45,897 nt of DNA from Candidatus Bathyarchaeota archaeon (GTDB lineage: Archaea; Thermoproteota; Bathyarchaeia; RBG-16-48-13; JAGMEO01), in contig JAUVYS010000003.1 of the NCBI GenBank assembly GCA_030602965.1, forward strand, positions 1 to 45,897, written 5' to 3'. Shown here one piece after another: positions 38,902 through 45,897 of the stretch. Both the position numbers and the translations under genes were made by a program. Positions within the stretch are counted from its first letter, which is position 1, and each line of letters opens with the position of its first letter. The notes below the pieces were generated by a model, which saw only the letters and a program-made list of their open reading frames with translations, did not search any database and was not told the DNA's origin.

Positions 38902-40089
38902 CTATAACAGCGATTTTATTATTTGCCACATAATTCTCAGTGAAGAAGGGTGTAATAATAATCGGAATAAAACTTTACTTTGAAAGTCAATGTGCCCATG
39001 TTCTTCGATTTCCTCATGCAAATTGTAATCAATTATTGTTTTGAAAATTTCATCCACTGCTTTATCTGTAAGTTTGTCCATTACCTTACGGGCTAAGAGC
39101 ATTATTTCGAGCTCTCTTCCCATACTATTTTTCCATCGTCTCTCATAGACTTGTAAAAAACGAGCTGAACTATCATCATTGTTGACAGCTTCAGCTGCGG
39201 TTTCACCACAAAACTGTGCACATATACCACCAAAGATTACTCCTCCACCAGTTGTTGGTTTAATTTGTCCAGCCGCATCTCCGACAACAAGAAATCCATT
39301 ACCATACGTTTTTTTGGACGGTGCTCCTACGTAAACAAGCCCTCCTCGTTTTGCGGTAATATTGAACTTACCAAACTGGTTCTGAGCAAAATGGTAAAGT
39401 CTTTGATGAACATTGATTCCTCTTCCAGCTAAACCAATTCTAGCAGAAGATTCTCCTGTTGGAATTATCCAAGCAAAGAATCCTGGAGCAGTTTTTTCTC
39501 CAAGAAAGATTTCAACGCTGTTTGCATTTGCTTTTACTCTGCTTACTTCAAACTGCATCGCAGATAGGAAACTTTCTCTTTTTGGTGCATTGAATTTATA
39601 CATGTGAAGTAATTTACAACTACTTCCTTCTGCATCGATCACTACTTTTGCAAGGATTTTCTCGCCGTCCTTTCCAGTAACACCTATAACATGTTTATCT
39701 TTGAAGATGAGAGATCTTGCTTGGAAACCAAGCTTTAAATTTACACCTGCCTTTGAAGCTTGTTCAGTAAGATAATTATCAAAGGCTTTTCTATCAACTA
39801 CATAAGCCTGTTTACCTTTGCCTCTTACCTTAAAAGCTAAACCACTGGGAGAATGGAAAGTCGCGTCAGAGACCTCGTTCTGGATAAATACTTTATCAGG
39901 ACGTACACCTATCTGCTTTAACCCTTCAATACTTAAAAGACCCGCACAGTGAGTGGGAAATCCAATTACATCGTGTTCTTCGATAACAATAACACTTACT
40001 CCTTTGGACACTGCAGTTCTACCTGATATTAGTCCTGCAGGTCCACCTCCAATGATTAATATGTCACTAGTTTTTTTTGGAATTGGCAA
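38902..40089 (-). CDS. Geranylgeranyl reductase family flavoprotein
   Basis: GGGPAG, HCAG, DAEG, PGFFAWIIP, GDAAGQIKPTTGGG. Confidence 0.88.
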   Translation of the reverse strand: MPIPKKTSDILIIGGGPAGLISGRTAVSKGVSVIVIEEHDVIGFPTHCAGLLSIEGLKQIGVRPDKVFIQNEVSDATFHSPSGLAFKVRGKGKQAYVVDRKAFDNYLTEQASKAGVNLKLGFQARSLIFKDKHVIGVTGKDGEKILAKVVIDAEGSSCKLLHMYKFNAPKRESFLSAMQFEVSRVKANANSVEIFLGEKTAPGFFAWIIPTGESSARIGLAGRGINVHQRLYHFAQNQFGKFNITAKRGGLVYVGAPSKKTYGNGFLVVGDAAGQIKPTTGGGVIFGGICAQFCGETAAEAVNNDDSSARFLQVYERRWKNSMGRELEIMLLARKVMDKLTDKAVDEIFKTIIDYNLHEEIEEHGHIDFQSKVLFRLLLHPSSLRIMWQIIKSLL

Positions 40090-40128
40090 GCCTTAACAAC
40101 CTTTATAGTATAATATCCAACTTGAATT

Positions 40129-40500
40129 GTGAGACTTTTGTCATCTTTTAAGTATAAACAGGTTATAGTGATTCGTAACGATCTTAAAATGAGTTCGGGT
40201 AAGATCGCTGTTCAAGCTGCTCACGCTGCTGTTACTGGGTCTGAATTGGCTAAAAAAAACCATTCAAACTGGTGGAAAGAATGGTTTGACGAAGGGCAAC
40301 GAAAAATTGTGGTTAAAGTAGATTCAGAAAATAAGCTTTTAAAAGTAGAAGAAGCAGCAAAAACAGCTTGCCTCCCAGCAGCTTTAATTCAAGACAAAGG
40401 CTTAACCGAGGTTCCCCCTAGAACAATAACTTCTTTGGTTATAGGTCCAGCACCTAGTCAGTTCATAGATAAGATCACACGGAAATTCTCACTTTTATGA
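40129..40500 (+). CDS. pth2: Peptidyl-tRNA hydrolase Pth2
   Basis: KQVIVIRNDLKMSSGKIAVQAAHA, GQRKIV, DKGLTE, IGPAP. Confidence 0.95.
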   Translation: MRLLSSFKYKQVIVIRNDLKMSSGKIAVQAAHAAVTGSELAKKNHSNWWKEWFDEGQRKIVVKVDSENKLLKVEEAAKTACLPAALIQDKGLTEVPPRTITSLVIGPAPSQFIDKITRKFSLL

Positions 40501-40510
40501 GGCTCACGAC

Positions 40511-41866
40511 ATGCTGGTTCCAGAATACGACAGACACATCGGAATTGAAGTCTATGGCACCAATATCAAGGGAATAAGTGGGAGAATAAAACAGATTGCA
40601 GAAGACTTCATCGTTGAGGAGATATTAAAAGACGGATCAATTGCTAGTGTCACTCCAAAGAAAAGAAAAGAAAAAATCGTTGGCGAAGGAGAAAATTTAG
40701 TATGCTATCTTGTAAAGAAGAACTGGAACACTTTTGTTGCCATAAAAGAAGTAGCCACTAAATTAAAAGTGGGTGCAAAAAGAATTCGATATGTGGGAAT
40801 AAAGGACTCTAAAGCTTTAACATCACAACACATAAGTATATGGAATATTGCTCCCAAGGAAATAAGGCGAGTTCAAATAAAAGACATAGTGCTATGGCCT
40901 TTTAGATTTTCTTCCAAGCCAATAAGGCATGATAATCTATTTGGAAACCAATTTCAAATAAAAATTAGACAAATAGATGATGAACCTAACGTTGTAATAG
41001 ATAAAGTTAATTTGATTCTAGGGAAAATCAATACTCTTGGCGGATTTCCAAATTTTTTTGGGCACCAAAGATTCAGCACAATAAATCACGTGATAGGAAA
41101 AAAAATTGTTCAAAGACGTTACGATGAAGCTGTTTTAACTTTCTTATCGGAACCACGGTTAGTAGAAACAGAGGAGGCTAAAGAAGCACGCGCTAAATTG
41201 AAAGAAACTTTAGATTATAAACAAGCTTTGAAGATCTTTCCAAAATATCTGAAATTTGAAATTGCCATGCTTAACTACCTCGTTAAACATCCTAAGGACA
41301 CTGTGAATGTATTTCGTGTTATACCAAAAAAACTTGGACGACTCTTCATCCAAGCTTACCAATCATATCTGTTTAATCGGTTACTAAGTCATAAACTCAG
41401 CAATAGTAAGACTCTAAAAGAAGCGAGAATTGGAGATTCTGTTGTTTATTTGAATTCTCAAGGGTTACCATCAAACGATGTAAAACATGTTACCCAAACA
41501 AATAAGGCAAAAATTGAAGAAGAACTCCTGACTTGTAAAGCTTGTTTAGCTTTACCAATATTTGGTTACAAGAGCAGAATTTCTGATGGTATAATTGAAG
41601 ACATAGGATGCATAAGTCTAACTGAAGAAAATATTGATTTTAAAAATTTTTACATTCCAGATCTGAAGGAGTTTAGTTCACGAGGAACAATTAGACCTGT
41701 AGTTACCTCAATGAAAAATTTTGAACTTTCCGAAATAATTGAGGATGATCTAAATCCAGATAAGAACGCTGTAAAGCTCAGTTTCTCTTTAAGAAGAGGA
41801 GAATACGCAACAATAGTACTCAGAGAGCTTATGAAGCCCAATGAACCTATACCTGCCGGTTTCTAA
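40511..41866 (+). CDS. truD: tRNA pseudouridine(13) synthase
   Basis: EDFIVEE, GIKD..ALTSQ, GNQF, PNFFGHQRF, AYQSYLFN, GEYATIVLRE. Confidence 0.94.
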   Translation: MLVPEYDRHIGIEVYGTNIKGISGRIKQIAEDFIVEEILKDGSIASVTPKKRKEKIVGEGENLVCYLVKKNWNTFVAIKEVATKLKVGAKRIRYVGIKDSKALTSQHISIWNIAPKEIRRVQIKDIVLWPFRFSSKPIRHDNLFGNQFQIKIRQIDDEPNVVIDKVNLILGKINTLGGFPNFFGHQRFSTINHVIGKKIVQRRYDEAVLTFLSEPRLVETEEAKEARAKLKETLDYKQALKIFPKYLKFEIAMLNYLVKHPKDTVNVFRVIPKKLGRLFIQAYQSYLFNRLLSHKLSNSKTLKEARIGDSVVYLNSQGLPSNDVKHVTQTNKAKIEEELLTCKACLALPIFGYKSRISDGIIEDIGCISLTEENIDFKNFYIPDLKEFSSRGTIRPVVTSMKNFELSEIIEDDLNPDKNAVKLSFSLRRGEYATIVLRELMKPNEPIPAGF

Positions 41867-41934
41867 TTTTTAGATTTAAACAAGAAATTATAGTAAACTA
41901 GAAAATTGTTTCATGTCTAGCTTATGCGTTGACT

Positions 41935-42744
41935 TTACATTAAAGCTTCTTTCAAAGCGTTACCGCAATCACAGCTTCTGTCTTCGGGTATTTTTAGAAT
42001 TGTGTTGATTATTAATCTCTTGAAATTTTCAATGTTTTTTTTCATAGTTTTTACAACTTCTTCTGCTGACACTGGCTTTTCAGCCCAAACATCATAGTCA
42101 GTTACCATAGCCACAGTGACGTAGCAGATCTCTACTTCTCTGGCTAAAACACATTCAGGGTAAAGTGTCATACCTATGATGTCTGCTCCCCAAGAACGGA
42201 AGAGTCTTGATTCCGCTCTAGTAGAAAATCTTGGTCCTTGGATACATACATATGTTCCTTTGTCGTGATGGTGTAATCCTAATGTCTTTGCAGACTCTGT
42301 GAAAATCGTCCTTAATTCAGGGCAGAAGGGGTCAGCGGAGGAGATATGGCAGATTTGTCCTCCTTCATAGAATGTGTCTTTCCTGTCTTTGGTTCTATCT
42401 ATAAACTGGTCAATGATGACAAAGTCAGATGGTTTATACTCTTCCTTTAAACTTCCTACAGCCGATGCCGATATTAACCGGTGAACACCTAACTCTTTCA
42501 TTGCCCAGATGTTTGCACGAAAGTTAATTTTATGTGGTGGAATGTGATGTTTCCTTCCGTGACGTGGAATGAAAGCTATTTTTTTCCCCTTGTAAAACCC
42601 AATCATAGGACTATCCGAGGGAGGCCCATATGGGGTAAAGACCTTGACTTCTTTAACATCTTCAATAATAGCTGGGTCATATACCCCTGTCCCACCGATT
42701 ATTCCCAATTCAACGTCTCTTACTGAAAACTTCATTAACTCCAC
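41935..42744 (-). CDS. mtnP: S-methyl-5'-thioadenosine phosphorylase
   Basis: GIIGGTG, PRHG, ANIWA, GPRFSTRAES, GMT, TDYD. Confidence 0.94.
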   Translation of the reverse strand: MELMKFSVRDVELGIIGGTGVYDPAIIEDVKEVKVFTPYGPPSDSPMIGFYKGKKIAFIPRHGRKHHIPPHKINFRANIWAMKELGVHRLISASAVGSLKEEYKPSDFVIIDQFIDRTKDRKDTFYEGGQICHISSADPFCPELRTIFTESAKTLGLHHHDKGTYVCIQGPRFSTRAESRLFRSWGADIIGMTLYPECVLAREVEICYVTVAMVTDYDVWAEKPVSAEEVVKTMKKNIENFKRLIINTILKIPEDRSCDCGNALKEALM

Positions 42745-42826
42745 ATTTCATTTAGACAGTTTAAAACGCATAAACCTTTTTCTATTCATCCGGCTCTTCA
42801 GCATTTAGAAAACACGCATTATAGAT

Positions 42827-44146
42827 TTATGGGGTAAGTCGAAATCTGTCCCTTGGAAAAAGTGTAACTTCTCGAATATTATCTTTTCCAGTAACAATCA
42901 TCATAAATCTTTCCAAACCTAGGGCCCACCCTGCGTGCGGAGGCATTCCGTAGTCAAAGGTTTTTAGATGATATTCAAAGGATGATGGATCCAAACCTTG
43001 TTCTTTAAGTCGCTTTATTAACCGGTCTTTATTAGCTACACGCGTCCCGCCAGAAACAAGCTCAATCCAACCATACATGAGATCAAAAGCCTCACAAAGC
43101 CTTGGTTCATCTTCTCTTGGTTTTATATAGAATGGTTTAGATTCGGTAGGCCAATCCTTTATGAAATAAAATGTAGAATGTAATTTTGCCAAAGTCTTAA
43201 GCGAAGGAGTTGAAATATCCTCCCCCCAAGCGATACCGTCGTCTTCTTTTCGTAACTCTTCAATAATTTGATCGTACGTTAAAATCTCAAATGCCTTTTG
43301 AGGGATAATTATTTTTCGTTTCAAAACACCAAGCTGACTCTCACACTCAGTTTTCACTCTCTTTAATACATAACGGATCATTTCTTCCAGAGTATTCATT
43401 ACATCGTCGACTGTGACAAACGCTTCTTCTATGTCTATAGATATTGATTCACTGAGATGTCTTCTTGTACGTGATTCCTCAGCTCTAAAGATTGGACCGA
43501 TCTCAAAGACCTTTTCAAAATCACTTACTAGCTGTTCCTTGAACAGCTGAGGACTCTGGGCTAGAAACGCCTCTCTGTTAAAGTAGGCAATAGGAAAAAG
43601 AGACGCCCCACCTTCTGTGGCTGAAGCAATTATTTTCGGTGTAATTACTTCAAGAAAACCCTGTTCAGATAGAAAAGTTCTAATGGCACTTAAGACAATG
43701 TGCCGAATTTTGAAAATTGCTCTAGAAGTAGGTCTCCTCAAATCTAGAATTCGTGCATTTAAACGTACATCTATATCAGCTGGAACCCTTCCAGTTGGGT
43801 CTAATGGAAGAGGATGATGAGCTGGAGCTAAAACCTTGATCTCCTTTGGCACAATCTCTGCTCCCCTTGGAGCCTTCGCCATCTTTTTCACAATACCTTT
43901 TACTCCTATAACAGATTGCTTTTTTATCCCCGACATTTTCTTTATTATTTTTTGGTTGACTTCTTTACTAGGTGCTGTAATCTGGATTATTCCCTCTTTA
44001 TCTCTTAAAACTAGAAATTTTAGTCCGCCAAGATCCCTTATCTCTTCCACCCAACCAAATACTGTTATTTTTTCACCGTCTAGTTTAGGAGATATCTCAG
44101 ACGAGTAATGTGTTCTACGCCATTTTTCTAGAGGGTCATAATCCAC
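42827..44146 (-). CDS. aspS: Aspartate--tRNA ligase (probably non-discriminating)
   Basis: RTHY, GWV..IRDLG, KAPRG, AQSPQL, FRAE, GMPPHAG, FPRD. Confidence 0.95.
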   Translation of the reverse strand: MDYDPLEKWRRTHYSSEISPKLDGEKITVFGWVEEIRDLGGLKFLVLRDKEGIIQITAPSKEVNQKIIKKMSGIKKQSVIGVKGIVKKMAKAPRGAEIVPKEIKVLAPAHHPLPLDPTGRVPADIDVRLNARILDLRRPTSRAIFKIRHIVLSAIRTFLSEQGFLEVITPKIIASATEGGASLFPIAYFNREAFLAQSPQLFKEQLVSDFEKVFEIGPIFRAEESRTRRHLSESISIDIEEAFVTVDDVMNTLEEMIRYVLKRVKTECESQLGVLKRKIIIPQKAFEILTYDQIIEELRKEDDGIAWGEDISTPSLKTLAKLHSTFYFIKDWPTESKPFYIKPREDEPRLCEAFDLMYGWIELVSGGTRVANKDRLIKRLKEQGLDPSSFEYHLKTFDYGMPPHAGWALGLERFMMIVTGKDNIREVTLFPRDRFRLTP

Positions 44147-44152
44147 TTTTGT

Positions 44153-44668
44153 TCACCTTCTTTTCATTTCAAATTCTACTCTAATAGTTCTCCTTTGAAC
44201 TTTTTTCACAAGTTCTTTCAAAGTATTCATACTAACTGGTAGTCTTTTGGGTTGACCTGAAATAATCACTCTCGTCTCTGTTGTTCCATCTGGCAACCAT
44301 ATAGTGTTAAGCGATGTGATAGTCACAGGTGCTAAAAGATCTTCGAGAAATTTTCGAATACCCACTCCTTTTTCTATTATCCTGATGGTTTTTCCTGTTT
44401 TCTGACCTAGTTCCCTGAGGATTTTTCCACCATACCCTAAAAGATGGGGTAAATCTCCGGCTCCCACAAGAATTGCTAATACACCATTAGAGTCATACGC
44501 TTTATGGAAAGAAACTGTTTGAAGAGACGGATACTTATCTTGAAGGGTTATGAGTAGTCCGGCTACTTCTATATCAGTGTCAGTGATTTCGCTTGACATA
44601 GCTTTTTCTTGACATTTTGGGCATAGCACGCCACTCTTTAAGCAAAAATCGCATAGGGGAGTCTTCAA
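44153..44668 (-). CDS. NusA-like KH protein with N-terminal Cys4 site
   Basis: CDFCLKSGVLCPKC; LLGYGGK KH-type loop. Confidence 0.75.
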   Translation of the reverse strand: MKTPLCDFCLKSGVLCPKCQEKAMSSEITDTDIEVAGLLITLQDKYPSLQTVSFHKAYDSNGVLAILVGAGDLPHLLGYGGKILRELGQKTGKTIRIIEKGVGIRKFLEDLLAPVTITSLNTIWLPDGTTETRVIISGQPKRLPVSMNTLKELVKKVQRRTIRVEFEMKRR

Positions 44669-44719
44669 CCATAATTCCTCTTAAAAAAATGAGGGGGGGA
44701 ATAAAGTTTTGGTGATATT

Positions 44720-45001
44720 TTACTTTGATAATATGACTTCGATTGTGCTTACGTTGGAAATCCCGCCGTCTTCCACACGTTCTATCTGATCAGTTCCGAT
44801 CTTGATGTCTTTCACCTTAACATCCGATAGAAAACGGCGTCTCGTTATCTCTGCAACGTCAATAGCAGTTGATATTGCTCGACCGCGAGCTTTAAGCACA
44901 ACCTCTTCAGAGTTAAGTGTACTGAAACCGGTGATTACTGCAAGAACATAGTTCATTGTTGGTTTTCGACCTATAAATACAACATTTGATTTCTCTGACA
45001 T
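44720..45001 (-). CDS. albA: Chromatin protein Alba
   Basis: [36 protein letters not shown]; start ATG 45001. Confidence 0.96.
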   Translation of the reverse strand: MSEKSNVVFIGRKPTMNYVLAVITGFSTLNSEEVVLKARGRAISTAIDVAEITRRRFLSDVKVKDIKIGTDQIERVEDGGISNVSTIEVILSK

Positions 45002-45123
45002 TTTTGTTATCTCCATTGTCTTTTTGTTGTTTTAGACTCCTAATTATGTTTGAAAATAAATGCATTACGGTTTTCATTTTTGTGTAGCATTATGTAACGT
45101 ATCTGTATTACTCGAGGAAAATT

Positions 45124-45143
45124 AAGGTTTAAAATTAAACCTT
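45124..45143. promoter_or_regulatory. 20-bp palindrome in the albA / Lrp-type divergent promoter region
   Basis: AAGGTTTAA-AA-TTAAACCTT (9-bp arms). Confidence 0.5.
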
Positions 45144-45233
45144 TATAAGCTATTTAGTGTACATTTGAAGGAAAAATGTTTTCAAACGGAAAATAATTTT
45201 CAACAAACATCAGTGAGTTGTATTTTATAACGG

Positions 45234-45710
45234 GTGAATAATAAAATGACAAGAGAGATTCTTTCTGGCAGACCTTTACGTCTATTACAAATGCTTTATG
45301 ATAGAAGTAAATCTATGACCGTTTTTACTGTTCGGATTAAACAGAGCGAGTTAGCAAATGAGTTAGGGATTACAAGACAGGCGTTAAATGTTCACCTAAG
45401 AAAGCTTCGAGAGAAAAGCTACATTAGAACTGGAAGAGGTTTCTTAGATATAACAGAAAGAGGTTTGAAAAGTTTAGGCTATTCTTCTAATCCTGCTTTT
45501 CTGTGCCTAAATATCTCACCAAACAACAGAGTGGAAGCATACAAAAGGATCTGTACTCTGCCTATACAGAGTGCTTTTAGAATAGCGGGAGATAGAGATG
45601 TTATAGTAATGGTTGAACGTGGACGACTTGATGAAATACTTAGTCAAATATCTCAAATAGATGGCGTAAAGGAAACCAGATCATATATAGCTTTAGAGTC
45701 TTTAAAATAG
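45234..45710 (+). CDS. Lrp/AsnC-type regulator (wHTH plus RAM-like domain)
   Basis: QSELANELGITRQALNVHLRKL HTH; C-terminal IAGDRD...IDGVKETRSYI. Confidence 0.85.
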   Translation: MNNKMTREILSGRPLRLLQMLYDRSKSMTVFTVRIKQSELANELGITRQALNVHLRKLREKSYIRTGRGFLDITERGLKSLGYSSNPAFLCLNISPNNRVEAYKRICTLPIQSAFRIAGDRDVIVMVERGRLDEILSQISQIDGVKETRSYIALESLK

Positions 45711-45761
45711 TATGAAACTTTTTATCTTTAACTTCAATTAATGCTTGAAAAGGAATGAACT

Positions 45762-45897
45762 ATGCCAATCACAGATCTTTATAAAAAAAGGATTGCACAG
45801 AAACATAAATTATATTTTAAAATATGTCGATCTTGCGGTGCTAGGAATGCGCCTAACGCGATAAAATGTCGCAAGTGCAGAGGAAAGAATCTACGAT
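45762..45897 (+). CDS. rpl40e: 50S ribosomal protein L40e (3' truncated by window)
   Basis: MPITDLYKKRIAQKHKLYFKICRSCGARNAPNAIKCRKCRGKNLR. Confidence 0.92.
   Translation, partial: MPITDLYKKRIAQKHKLYFKICRSCGARNAPNAIKCRKCRGKNLR

Noticed and set aside
899-44108. Numerous antisense or alternate-frame ORFs in the track (e.g. 899-1429, 6998-7465, 8066-8617, 25084-25506)
   Set aside because: They lie within well-supported genes and have no recognisable motifs; shadow ORFs
1-45897. CRISPR array, transposase/integrase, inteins, defence island
   Set aside because: No periodic repeats or recombinase motifs seen; infB and cdc48 have normal lengths; reading by eye could miss short degenerate repeats

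Overview
Archaeal core-genome segment, AT-rich (roughly mid-30s % GC by eye). Gene content and order point to a TACK lineage, most likely Bathyarchaeia (inference, not a database result). It holds about 57 intact CDS: ribosomal proteins, aIF5B, aEF1B, GluRS, AspRS, Rpo3/Rpo10, aCPSF1, lipid genes (mvk-ipk-fni-GGPP synthase, egsA, GGR), proteostasis genes (two proteasome beta subunits, Cdc48, two PPIases, PIMT), RNA modification/repair genes (Taw1, Trm5, TruD, RtcA, translin, EndoV), and NAD/FAD synthesis genes. No mobile element, CRISPR array or defence system was seen. The ORF track misses three tRNAs (Val-GAC, Ala-GGC, Lys-CTT), each with a BHB intron at a different non-canonical position, a decayed O6-methylguanine methyltransferase (ogt) gene, a decayed ECF S-component gene, a remnant of a membrane-anchored protein gene, and edge-truncated rps6e and rpl40e. 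The best candidate for an undescribed unit is a wHTH regulator-cdc48-small wHTH-fen block with tandem TTAC-N6-GTAA palindromes directly after its TATA box. I see no clear wholly new multi-gene system.
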